A stretch of 64,000 nt of DNA, taken from sequence record MT679221.1; one strand, 5' to 3'. Under the pieces are notes generated by a model. It was not told where the DNA came from. It saw nothing but the letters and a program-made list of their open reading frames with translations, and made no database searches. This document shows, in pieces, positions 25,648-35,190 of this stretch. The position numbers and the translations under genes were made by a program. Position 1 is the first letter of the stretch, and every line of letters starts with the position of its first letter.

Positions 25648-27282
25648 ATGAAAATTACGAAGATTAAAGACCGGATGACAATCGAGCATCATGGTCAAGA
25701 GGTCTCATTTATTGGCTTACGTTATCGGAAGGATAACAACGCACCCGACTACATCACTGTTAAAGGTAAACAGATTGCACGCGACAACATTCTCTTCATG
25801 GAATTACAACGCGTGTGGGATTATTTAACGCCAGACGAACAAGATGAACTGTTCATGGCGTATCTGATGCTGGACGAGCTGGCAAACGAATCGACGGAAA
25901 CGCAGCGTAAGCACATGCCGAAGATTGTGCAGACGATTGCGAAGTTCCACAAGGCCGAAGTGTATCGTAAGCTGTATCCCATCGATAAGCTGTGGATTCC
26001 GCAGAACATGGAAGATACGCACGATGAAATGAACAGTAATTATCCGGAAGCGATGACGTACATTCGTCCGGACTATTACGAGTTGTTGATACTGGTCCTG
26101 ATGATTAAACCGTATATTCCGGTGTTCCTCACCATGGGGACGTTCCCGATAGGTAAGAACTTGCCAATCGAAACACATCGGAAAATGGTGTACAATCTGA
26201 CATACTGTCTGGAGATGCTTCAAGACACAGAAGTCATGTCTTTACCTGCTATTCCGAAACTGCGTGGGTTCCTACAGACAGTGATGGAAAAGGTAGAAAA
26301 AGAACTGGCAAACAAAGGTACGAACAGCACCAGTTTGTCGGTACTGGCTACGGTGCGGGGCTATGGCACGGATATGATGGAAGATTATATCCTGGCGTAT
26401 GCTATTATTAAATTGTTGGCTGTCCGTGAAGTCGGTGGTGAATTACCGGTTGAAATCATGGTTAACAACAACATCGTCACCGGCATGTATTTCCTGGTTA
26501 AACAAGAGATTGAAACAGGTTTTGCAAACAAAATCTCTAACCAGCCGGTGCTGTTAAAAGCGCATCCGGAAAGTGTGGTATTCAATGGCGAAAAGGGTAA
26601 GATAAACGCCATGGATTTGGTGCAGGCACGTTCTCCTGCCCAGATGAAAGAATACGTCCGTACCGAGTACGTATTTAAAGAATACCGCTCTTTCTTGAAA
26701 ACAATGCGTCTGGATAATGCCGCTCCAGCAGATGTTAAGTTATTGATTGATTCGCAACTGGCAACACACGACGGTCCTGTCTATACGCTGCACGAATGGT
26801 TAGTCGCGTTAGCACTTCATCGTAGCGTGCATTATAAGACGTATACCGAATGTGGACCAGAAGCGTTTCGCTACGGTATGGCATTGGCACAGGCAACTTA
26901 TCTCAATTATGGAATGTATGACGTTGCGCAACTGTTAAGTTGCAATATGGTGCGTTCTGAGATGTCTGCCGGTTATGCAGCCGACCCAATTCGATCTGAA
27001 CTCAAAGCAGATTTAGATAGATATTATCTTCAGGAGTATCGCAACCCGCGTAATCTCGAACCGCAATCTACACCACGGGAATCACTGACCTTGTTACACA
27101 AGGATCACATCAACCCATATCTGTTCCATCTCAGGGCTACACCAGAAGCAGCTGCGCTGCTGAAGTGTGAGACGGATCAGCCAAACTATATACCTCACTT
27201 GTCACTGCACAATAGCCTGGCGGAGTTTATGGTGTTGAATGCACGTCGCAAGTTAGAAGAAGTTGAATGGTTTAATTCTTAA
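25648..27282 (+). CDS. nvRNAP promoter-specificity (sigma-like) subunit, phiKZ gp68-like
   Basis: 544 aa helical protein with an early promoter; synteny in the gp65-gp75 block. No alignment run. Confidence 0.65.
   Translation: MKITKIKDRMTIEHHGQEVSFIGLRYRKDNNAPDYITVKGKQIARDNILFMELQRVWDYLTPDEQDELFMAYLMLDELANESTETQRKHMPKIVQTIAKFHKAEVYRKLYPIDKLWIPQNMEDTHDEMNSNYPEAMTYIRPDYYELLILVLMIKPYIPVFLTMGTFPIGKNLPIETHRKMVYNLTYCLEMLQDTEVMSLPAIPKLRGFLQTVMEKVEKELANKGTNSTSLSVLATVRGYGTDMMEDYILAYAIIKLLAVREVGGELPVEIMVNNNIVTGMYFLVKQEIETGFANKISNQPVLLKAHPESVVFNGEKGKINAMDLVQARSPAQMKEYVRTEYVFKEYRSFLKTMRLDNAAPADVKLLIDSQLATHDGPVYTLHEWLVALALHRSVHYKTYTECGPEAFRYGMALAQATYLNYGMYDVAQLLSCNMVRSEMSAGYAADPIRSELKADLDRYYLQEYRNPRNLEPQSTPRESLTLLHKDHINPYLFHLRATPEAAALLKCETDQPNYIPHLSLHNSLAEFMVLNARRKLEEVEWFNS
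27015..27030 (+). promoter_or_regulatory. Early promoter motif embedded in coding sequence
   Basis: Exact AGATAGATATTATCT within the DLDRYYL codons, ~265 nt before the 27295 start. Confidence 0.5.
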
Positions 27283-27294
27283 GGAGTATTTAAA

Positions 27295-28995
27295 ATGCAG
27301 CTTGTAAATCTACTGATGTATCCGGTCTACGATGTTCCAGAGCAAGTTCGTCGCCGCATCGGCTTTAACGCATCGACGGGTGCACTGGATGACTTAGCAG
27401 CAGCGGTTGAACTGGGCGGGGAAAAAGCTGTGGGAACACAGCAGTATCAAGAAGCATTATCTGCCATCGTGGGCTTCGATGGCACCCAGAACGGTTTTGA
27501 GCGTCCATTCATCAACGTGTCCGATGATGACAATCGTCCTGTACAGTTCCAATGGGAATCACGTGATACCGGTATCTTTAACTTCGTGGCGGTGTTTATT
27601 GCTAAACCTCTGAATGCAACACGCACTCAGGAAACGCAATACATCGTCTCCGGTTATACCAGTCAGGCAGAAACCAGCCTGGGTAGCCTGTTGCCGGACG
27701 ATATGGTGTTGTACATTAACGACATCTACGGCTTACAGGCAACGTATACACACGATGCCCTGGGCGGCAAAACATTGAACCCAGACTCTTTCCGTCTACT
27801 GGATAACTACGTTTTATCGAAAGCGCTGTCTGTTGAAGGTCAAACAGAAAGTACGGTAGATATCATTTCGATCGCGAAAGCAGCGGATATGGTAAAACGT
27901 ATTGAAATGAATAGCGGTGAGAAGTTCGTTCCAACGAGCGACTCTGTGCTATCCGCAACCAGTAGCTCTGCACCACAGTTGATGGTATCCCAACTCCAGC
28001 GTCCAGAAAACTACGTATCTGCAATCAGTAATGCGTATCTGGCAAGCTCTGGGGTAGATACCGAACTCGGTAGCGTGGAAAGCTTCTTTGCAGGTAATAA
28101 CTCCATCGGCGTTGAATCTGAATTGAAGCAGCGTGGTGTTATCCGTAACTACAGCAACCACGAACTGATTGCTGCGATGCGTCAAGCACTCCAGAACGGG
28201 ATGTCTGATGTATCTGGCGGTTGGAAAGCAACCAGTAAGGCGACGTTCCGTTTGGCTGATTTGCGTAATGCGATTGTCAACCCAATGCGGTTGGATGAAT
28301 GTATCCGTGAATCGCTGGCGCTGGCAAGTCGCCGTGGGTTGGGTGCAGGGCTGGTTAACCAAACCGACCACTGGATTGGACGTAACGGCTTTTCTACTCA
28401 GGGTAGTCTAGTTGCGTATGATCTGGCTATGTCTATCGGGCCGATTATGTCACGTAACCTGATTGGTGAAGTGAGCTTTGTCTTTGATAACCGCAACACG
28501 GATATCATGATAGAGCCTACGCTGGAAGTTATTCCTAACTCAGTCAGCAGCATCACACACCATCAGTTACCTGCTGCATTAGGTCGTCGTTTCTTGCAGA
28601 ACATGAAAGAAGCGATGGTTCAGGTTACTAAACATAACCATATTCGCTGTCACATGCTGGTCACCGCATTGTTGGGGACCGTTACTCGTATTGAAATCCG
28701 TGTCGACGACGAACCGCTGGAATATTACACCTACGCGTCGTTTATGCAATTCCGTCTCCATACCGGCAACACCACCGATCTCAAATACGTTGGTGAGCTG
28801 GCACAGAACACCGCAACGCTGTTGAAAGCCGTGGAAGAAGGTTATACAGAATTCGAGAAAGGCCAAGGCCGGGGTCGAATGCTATCTAACATTCCAACTA
28901 ACACAGGTGGCTTAGATCCTCTTGGAGGTCTTGACCTGGGTGGTGGCTTAGGCGGTATAGGCGGAAACGGACTCGGCAACGGTCTCATTGATTAA
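27295..28995 (+). CDS. Probable PicA/Imp1 phage-nucleus protein import factor (phiKZ gp69-like)
   Basis: 566 aa; AAGGAG RBS; synteny immediately after the gp68-like gene; Gly/Leu-rich C-terminal tail. Confidence 0.6.
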   Translation: MQLVNLLMYPVYDVPEQVRRRIGFNASTGALDDLAAAVELGGEKAVGTQQYQEALSAIVGFDGTQNGFERPFINVSDDDNRPVQFQWESRDTGIFNFVAVFIAKPLNATRTQETQYIVSGYTSQAETSLGSLLPDDMVLYINDIYGLQATYTHDALGGKTLNPDSFRLLDNYVLSKALSVEGQTESTVDIISIAKAADMVKRIEMNSGEKFVPTSDSVLSATSSSAPQLMVSQLQRPENYVSAISNAYLASSGVDTELGSVESFFAGNNSIGVESELKQRGVIRNYSNHELIAAMRQALQNGMSDVSGGWKATSKATFRLADLRNAIVNPMRLDECIRESLALASRRGLGAGLVNQTDHWIGRNGFSTQGSLVAYDLAMSIGPIMSRNLIGEVSFVFDNRNTDIMIEPTLEVIPNSVSSITHHQLPAALGRRFLQNMKEAMVQVTKHNHIRCHMLVTALLGTVTRIEIRVDDEPLEYYTYASFMQFRLHTGNTTDLKYVGELAQNTATLLKAVEEGYTEFEKGQGRGRMLSNIPTNTGGLDPLGGLDLGGGLGGIGGNGLGNGLID

Positions 28996-29007
28996 GGATT
29001 ATTAACC

Positions 29008-30375
29008 ATGAAATTGATTGAATTCTACCGTTCGTTTCTGACCTCTCTCGGATACGGATTCGAAGGTGACATGTTGACTATCGATGATGGTCATCCGGCA
29101 ATGTTCACCTACAACAAAGTGAAGCGCCGCTTGGTGCTTCCAACTGCAGCGATGATTAAGCGTGGGTTGGAAGACGATGAAGGTAGTGAATGTCATGCGT
29201 TCCACCCACTGTGTGAATCGGTACTGGCTGGCGAATCTGGAACGATTCGCTTCCTGAAGAAAGCCATCAACGCGAACCTCTTCCTGAAAAGCTTCGAGCT
29301 AATCGATGCGATTTTGGAAACAGCAGCCGAAGGAAAGAATATCCGTCTGGCGGCGTACAAGAAGTTTTTAAGCGATGTGGTTTGTGCTGACCTGAAAGAT
29401 CCGACGATGGATAAGAAACTGGTTCAGAGCTGGCAAGCGGTGAAGAACTATGTTTACGGGTTGCTGGAAGAAGATAAAAAGACAAAGATCACCAGTATCT
29501 TCATCTCCAGCGATATGACCATTGAAGGTATCAAATATATCCGCGTGGCGAACTACAAACACATGTTTGAAGAAGAGTCACTGGATGGTACGGCAACATT
29601 CTTCGGTGCCAAGCTCCAGCGTAAGCAGGATAAGGTCATTATCTTTAACCTGCTAACTGCAGTGTTTGGTTGGTATCCTTCGGTTACGGGTTCTAACGAT
29701 CCGCGTCCGTACTTCGGTTCTTTGGCACGCGGTTGGGCACAATACGTGACCAACTACAATCAAGTGGTTCGAGGTCTGCGTGACCACACTCCACTGCGTC
29801 CGTTAGAAGAAGAATGGATTGGCCAACTGGATAACATGAGCGTTTATGATAACGTTATCCAAACTCTGCCGTATAATACCGGCCCACGTAACGATCAGGC
29901 AACAGACACCACCGCAACAGATTTCCGTATCGGGCGTACACCTGCCGGCACAAAGCCGGTCGTTGCTTTAGCTTCTCAACAAGCTCCGCAGGAAAATCTT
30001 GATCTCAACGATCCGGTAAACTATTTCCGTGCGAAGAAAGCGCAACAGGCGTCTTCGGCTAATAGCTTCAATGCGTTAGCACCGAAGATTCAGGAAGCGC
30101 TGCGTGAGAACAACGGCCATTTACCGAAAGGGACAATTAAAGAACTGTCTCTCGGTGAAGCGCTGCGTGGTAATGCGGTGACGAAAGAAAGTGGTCTGGG
30201 TTCTGGTTTGCTGGGAAGTAGTAACAATCTCTTGGGGGGTAGCACGCAGTTGGGCGGCGGTAGCACCAACCTCTTAGGAGGGAGCAGTGACGTGTTAGGT
30301 GGTCTGGGTGGTTTAGGTGGCGGAAGTAGCAGCAGTTTAGGCAACCTACCATTCTCATCAGCTAATTTACGTTAA
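29008..30375 (+). CDS. Conserved chimallivirus protein (phiKZ gp70-like)
   Basis: 455 aa; AAGGA RBS; long Gly/Ser/Leu tail. Confidence 0.7.
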   Translation: MKLIEFYRSFLTSLGYGFEGDMLTIDDGHPAMFTYNKVKRRLVLPTAAMIKRGLEDDEGSECHAFHPLCESVLAGESGTIRFLKKAINANLFLKSFELIDAILETAAEGKNIRLAAYKKFLSDVVCADLKDPTMDKKLVQSWQAVKNYVYGLLEEDKKTKITSIFISSDMTIEGIKYIRVANYKHMFEEESLDGTATFFGAKLQRKQDKVIIFNLLTAVFGWYPSVTGSNDPRPYFGSLARGWAQYVTNYNQVVRGLRDHTPLRPLEEEWIGQLDNMSVYDNVIQTLPYNTGPRNDQATDTTATDFRIGRTPAGTKPVVALASQQAPQENLDLNDPVNYFRAKKAQQASSANSFNALAPKIQEALRENNGHLPKGTIKELSLGEALRGNAVTKESGLGSGLLGSSNNLLGGSTQLGGGSTNLLGGSSDVLGGLGGLGGGSSSSLGNLPFSSANLR

Positions 30376-30383
30376 GCGTTAGA

Positions 30384-30412
30384 AGAAGGGACTGGGCGTC
30401 CCTTCTTTTTTT
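30384..30412. terminator. Bidirectional terminator
   Basis: AGAAGGGAC-TGGGC-GTCCCTTCT plus T tract, between convergent genes. Confidence 0.8.
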
Positions 30413-30735
30413 CAAGATTCTACGATAGTCGATAAGATGTTACTTACCACACCGACACTAGGAACCAATAAGGTTCTTATCTCTGGCGTGAAATCAAACG
30501 GAGTAGAAATTCCGTTCATTAACATCATCGGATAAATAATACTATTATCGTACTGTTTGAGACGACAGTACGCGTAGAAACTGTGTACCTCTGGGTAGGC
30601 ATATTTTGGGTCAACAACTTCTTCTGTAGTATCTGGGTGTTTGCGAAGGAAGTCTGTATAGTCATGCAACACCTTATACTTGGTCGAATCAGGCGAAGGT
30701 ATTATTTCGGATAAGGTAGCAAATTTATCTAGCAT
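30412..30735 (-). CDS. Small protein, possible LysM/gpX/T4 gp53-like baseplate component
   Basis: 107 aa; AAGGAG RBS; C-terminal IIYPMMLMNGISTPFDF..LLVP resembles the W-x-I-x-x-x-N-x-I..L-x-IP signature. Confidence 0.55.
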   Translation of the reverse strand: MLDKFATLSEIIPSPDSTKYKVLHDYTDFLRKHPDTTEEVVDPKYAYPEVHSFYAYCRLKQYDNSIIYPMMLMNGISTPFDFTPEIRTLLVPSVGVVSNILSTIVES

Positions 30736-30756
30736 CGTCTCTCCTTAAAATAAAAC

Positions 30757-30776
30757 AGATAGATATTATCTTACCG
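30757..30776 (+). promoter_or_regulatory. Putative early promoter
   Basis: AGATAGATATTATCTTACCG. Confidence 0.7.
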
Positions 30777-30801
30777 AGGTAACCAAAAGGAGCATTTACG
30801 A

Positions 30802-33039
30802 ATGAAAACACCAGTCGAACTCATGTCAAGCGTTGCTGACCGTGAGGTGAATATCACTGGCGTATCTGGGGCACGTGCCTCAATGGTGGGTGGACATATG
30901 AAGTCGGCGGTACCACTGGACAATCCAGACCCGACTATCCATTTTACCGGCGCTGATGTGAACTACCACGATTATTGTTTTAACGATATCGTGGAAGATA
31001 GTGGTACTGTGTGCAGTTACACAACCAAAGAAGGTGTTACTCGTGCAGCTGTTTTTGCACGCTATGGTCGTGAAGGGGATCACGATCCTCTCCAGCACGT
31101 TATCTTCTTCACGCGCGCAGATTTAACCAACCAGCGCAAAGTGATGATTGATGTAATCGATATTAAGTATTACACCAACCACGATAACATTTTCTCGTCT
31201 AAGAAAGAGGCTACTGGGAAACTTCAGGCGTTGCTGCGCGGACAGACGCAGCACCTGGAAAAAGATGAAATGCTTACCGTACTGCCGGCACAGAAAGACG
31301 GTGAGTTTGTCGATGGGGTCAACCTGCACACTGTGACAATGTCGCACCCGGACATTATCGAGGACTCGTACACCATCTCCGAAACTGCAGCGAAGGCGAT
31401 GCACGCTTATGGTTTGCGTGCAATCGACTTTACCTTGCGCGACGACGAGTACCTGCTTGATACGTATGGGACAACGGGTATTGATGGCGTTCGTCGTCCA
31501 CAGTACCTGCCCAATAAAGGACAGGCAATTCGCGATGATGGGTTGGTTATAGCCGCGCGTCGTTTCGATAAGCTGTGGGCGGCTATTGACTCACACGTGG
31601 GCGAAACACAACATATCTCTCCGCACTTCGACCGTTGTGAGTATGTTGACGCTGACCCTGAGCATTACAAAGCGCGTCAGGCCGGCGACTTTGAAAAGAT
31701 GGAACGTACCGGTTCTCGTGTCGTTGATATTCAGGTATGGCGGGACGAAACCAAATGCGATCGTGGTGTTAACAATATCGCATGTACCGAAGAGAACAAA
31801 CGCGAGTTAGATCACTACGCGAACGCTTTGAAACGTTTTTACAATGATATCGTGCGGTTCTATTTTGCGATGTCCAAAGACAAGAACATTGTCTGGTCAC
31901 CGAAAGCGTTTGAGATTCTTGACAAGGCGTTCTGTTCTGAGACGTATGAAGTCTATAACGACTTCCGTGAAGAGATTGGTCGTGAATACGATGAAGCCAT
32001 GCGCAAAGGCGAGTATAACCGTTCTGCTGATAAGAACGTGTTAAACAAACTGGCGCAGCCGGTTCAGCGTGGTCTCTGGGACCCAATTGGTAGTTACACG
32101 ATACGCATCGTGGTACGTTATCCAATCCCAGTTACCGTCTCATCGAAAATCACCGACCGTTCAGGTACAAAAGGTATCGTGGGCGCAGTGCGGCCTGATG
32201 AAGAAATGCCGATTAACGAGTTCGGAGAACGTGTGCATGTCATTCGTTCCATGAACGCCGTAATTCGTCGTTCGACTTATGCTGCGCTGTTCCACATGTA
32301 TTGGTCTGCTGCATCCGAGCAGTTGAAGATGCGGTTGAAACCATTACTTGCCGCCAACCAGGTTGACGAAGCCTGGGAAATCCTGATGGACTATATCGAT
32401 CGCTATAACCCACGCTGGACATTCTATCTCAATGCCAGTCACCCGGATACTGGGTCACGTCTGGAACTCTTTAAAGAGATTTACGACTTCACGATTCGTA
32501 TCTGGCTTCCCCACGAATTGAATGCTACCCAGGTAGAAATCTGCCGTGCTCTAGGCGAGTATGCACCACGCAAGTCTAAGCTACTGATTACTAACTATCA
32601 GGGTGAGAAAGAGTGGACGAAGAACCAGTTCTACGTCGGCATGGTAGAGACTCTGCGCCTGGATAAAACCGGTCGTGAGTTCTCCAGTATCTCGTCGATG
32701 TACACGAACTATTTGGGTTGTATTGATGCATCCAACCAAGGACGTGGTTCATATCCGATTAACCTGAAAGGGTTGAAGTGGGGTGGTCCTTCCGAGCAGC
32801 GTCTTACCGACGGCTTTGGTCCGGGCAACTTCCCCGAAACTCATGACCGCGCTAATAACCCTGCGGTACACCGTGCGATCGTAACGGGGCTGTATAACTC
32901 GCCAACACCAACCAATCCAGGGGTGCTGGTCGATCGTAAGAAACTGCCAATGGGAGATTCGCAGATTGACAGGATGATACGTAACATCCATCGCTGTGAA
33001 GGTTTTGAATTAGTGCGTCCAATTCGGGAGGATAAATAA
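30802..33039 (+). CDS. rpoB: nvRNAP beta subunit, C-terminal part (phiKZ gp71-73-like), intron-free
   Basis: RASMVGGHMKSAVPL (cf. RALMGSNMQRQAVPL); SKITDRSGTKGIV (cf. GDKxxGRHGNKG); 745 aa continuous. Confidence 0.88.
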   Translation: MKTPVELMSSVADREVNITGVSGARASMVGGHMKSAVPLDNPDPTIHFTGADVNYHDYCFNDIVEDSGTVCSYTTKEGVTRAAVFARYGREGDHDPLQHVIFFTRADLTNQRKVMIDVIDIKYYTNHDNIFSSKKEATGKLQALLRGQTQHLEKDEMLTVLPAQKDGEFVDGVNLHTVTMSHPDIIEDSYTISETAAKAMHAYGLRAIDFTLRDDEYLLDTYGTTGIDGVRRPQYLPNKGQAIRDDGLVIAARRFDKLWAAIDSHVGETQHISPHFDRCEYVDADPEHYKARQAGDFEKMERTGSRVVDIQVWRDETKCDRGVNNIACTEENKRELDHYANALKRFYNDIVRFYFAMSKDKNIVWSPKAFEILDKAFCSETYEVYNDFREEIGREYDEAMRKGEYNRSADKNVLNKLAQPVQRGLWDPIGSYTIRIVVRYPIPVTVSSKITDRSGTKGIVGAVRPDEEMPINEFGERVHVIRSMNAVIRRSTYAALFHMYWSAASEQLKMRLKPLLAANQVDEAWEILMDYIDRYNPRWTFYLNASHPDTGSRLELFKEIYDFTIRIWLPHELNATQVEICRALGEYAPRKSKLLITNYQGEKEWTKNQFYVGMVETLRLDKTGREFSSISSMYTNYLGCIDASNQGRGSYPINLKGLKWGGPSEQRLTDGFGPGNFPETHDRANNPAVHRAIVTGLYNSPTPTNPGVLVDRKKLPMGDSQIDRMIRNIHRCEGFELVRPIREDK

Positions 33040-35144
33040 TGGCGGGTCGTTCTGTACACGTACGTGATTTGCGTATGCTTAACTCTGATCAGGTGTGGAA
33101 ACTACGCGGGCGTTATTACGTGACTTTCGACGATGGTAAGTCGTTGGAAATGTCTAGTCGCCACATCAAACTCAGCTGGCCGTATTGGGGTGTGTCGCGT
33201 CTGTATCCGCAGGTGCCCACTCCATCGACCATGGCGTATCGTCCAGGTCAGGTAGCAACAGATGACCTGCATCTGGACTTTATGTCGGAAGCAGCGGTAC
33301 TGGCCCGTAAAGCAGGTGTCGACCTTGCTGAAACGCGTTATATCCTGAGTCAACATGTCTACGCCGATGCGTTCAACATGACAGTGAAGAACTTGCTGTC
33401 CTATTGTACGACAATCGACTTTGATACGATGATGGAGATCTACGACCATCCGAACTTCGAACTCATCCGTCAGTGGGAAGTGCAATATCCTACTGGCTAC
33501 GATGAAGATGGTCGGGATATGGTTGAAGAAGCGTACAAGCTTATCGAGAAAATCTTCAAAGACCCTGCGCTACGGTATAACCCGGTCGTGATGTCGGTAC
33601 TGGACGGTACTGTGAAGATGAACCAGGTACTGCAAGCCTTCGTGCGTGGTAAAACGTCAGAAATTGACTCACGTGTATACACCAATCAGGTGTGGGAAGG
33701 CTTCTTTACCGGAATGCATTCGGTTATTTCGCGTTTGAAAGAATCCGGTGCAACTTCACGTTCCCACCTGTACAACACTGACAAGATTGCCGAAGCAGAA
33801 TACGCCTCACGTAAACTGCAGCTGGCAGCAAACGTACTGATGTATTTCACGTACGACGACTGCGGTACAACTCACGCACACCGCTACACGTTTAAGGATA
33901 CGCAGCTGGATGAGCGTGCCTATAAAGCGATGGTGGGGATGCGTTATCGTTTAGAAGGCGATAATGGTCCGTGGTTGAGATTTGAGAAAGGCGGATACGC
34001 AGACCTGGTTGGCAAACCGCTGGTCTTCCGTAGTGCCATGACCTGTAAAGAGATGGCGAATCAGTCCATCTGTGCGACCTGTATGGGGGATTTGATTTAT
34101 AACCTCTCTGAAGGTACGTCACCGGGTCACCTGGCATCCACGTCCATCTCGGAAAAGGGTACACAGGGAATTCTCTCCACCAAGCACCTTGACTTCTTGC
34201 GTTATCTGCTCAACCTGGTACTTACCCCACGTATGCGTGAGTATATGACCGAATACAAACATAACTCTCTGAAAGGGTTGTGCTTGCTGCCAAAACCACA
34301 GCGTGGGAATTGGTCAGAATACGAGTTGGTTGTTACCGACAAAGTTTATTCGGAGCTGAGCCAGATTGCGTATCATGAAGATCTCGATGCGATTGATGAA
34401 ACGGCATTACCAGAAATCACCGACTTAACTTTCCAACGTCGTTTAGAAGATGGGCAGATAATCGCTGCGGATTCTATCGATGTGCGAATGGGTGTTTGTG
34501 GGAACTTCTCTAAACCGTTCCTGCACTACTTCTTGAAACAACGAGCGAACATTCGTATCGAGAAGAAGACGGTAGAAATCCCCTTAAAAGGATGGAACCC
34601 GAAACACCCGGTCCTGGTCTACACCAACCGTTCTGAATCGATGGCAGAGTTCGTAGCCGGCTTAGAAACCAAGCTCCGTTCGATTGCTGCCGATAAGAAC
34701 GAAGACATTGTGGAAATCATCAACACAGCATCGACTGTGAAGTTGAACAAGAAACAAGGTCGTGTGAAACCGGTGACGTTGGTTGAAATGGGTGGTGCTA
34801 CAGAGAAACAGTGTACTTATGCGTTGATGGACACGTTTAAGTATATCCAGCGTAAGCTGAGTGGTATACCGATGACGCACATTGCGATTATGTTGGCGAT
34901 ATCTCGTGTAGAGTCGCCAACCAATCCGTTCCCGGCGGTAGGATTTGACAGTGAGGATTCTACTAATGCCACCGGGAAACGGTTTGTCGATCACAACACG
35001 CTCATTAGTTTGCGCTCGGCAATTCCGATGTTGTTGTTTGAAGGACAGCAGGGGAATATCGATCGCGTTGGTTTTTATACCGAGTACAAAATCCCGGCAT
35101 CGTTGTACGATGACCTAGGAGCCGCTGTGGTAATTGAGTTGTAA
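33039..35144 (+). CDS. rpoC: nvRNAP beta' C-terminal subunit (phiKZ gp74-like)
   Basis: DDCGT; RSAMTC..ICATCMG Zn site; SISEKGTQGILSTKH (cf. SIGEPGTQLTMRTFH trigger loop). Confidence 0.88.
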   Translation: MAGRSVHVRDLRMLNSDQVWKLRGRYYVTFDDGKSLEMSSRHIKLSWPYWGVSRLYPQVPTPSTMAYRPGQVATDDLHLDFMSEAAVLARKAGVDLAETRYILSQHVYADAFNMTVKNLLSYCTTIDFDTMMEIYDHPNFELIRQWEVQYPTGYDEDGRDMVEEAYKLIEKIFKDPALRYNPVVMSVLDGTVKMNQVLQAFVRGKTSEIDSRVYTNQVWEGFFTGMHSVISRLKESGATSRSHLYNTDKIAEAEYASRKLQLAANVLMYFTYDDCGTTHAHRYTFKDTQLDERAYKAMVGMRYRLEGDNGPWLRFEKGGYADLVGKPLVFRSAMTCKEMANQSICATCMGDLIYNLSEGTSPGHLASTSISEKGTQGILSTKHLDFLRYLLNLVLTPRMREYMTEYKHNSLKGLCLLPKPQRGNWSEYELVVTDKVYSELSQIAYHEDLDAIDETALPEITDLTFQRRLEDGQIIAADSIDVRMGVCGNFSKPFLHYFLKQRANIRIEKKTVEIPLKGWNPKHPVLVYTNRSESMAEFVAGLETKLRSIAADKNEDIVEIINTASTVKLNKKQGRVKPVTLVEMGGATEKQCTYALMDTFKYIQRKLSGIPMTHIAIMLAISRVESPTNPFPAVGFDSEDSTNATGKRFVDHNTLISLRSAIPMLLFEGQQGNIDRVGFYTEYKIPASLYDDLGAAVVIEL

Positions 35145-35147
35145 ACC

Positions 35148-35173
35148 GAGGGGCCTTGCGCCCCTCTTTTTTT
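35148..35173 (+). terminator. Intrinsic terminator
   Basis: GAGGGGC-CTTGC-GCCCCTC plus T7. Confidence 0.8.
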
Positions 35174-35190
35174 GTGCGAAGAGGGGCAGC

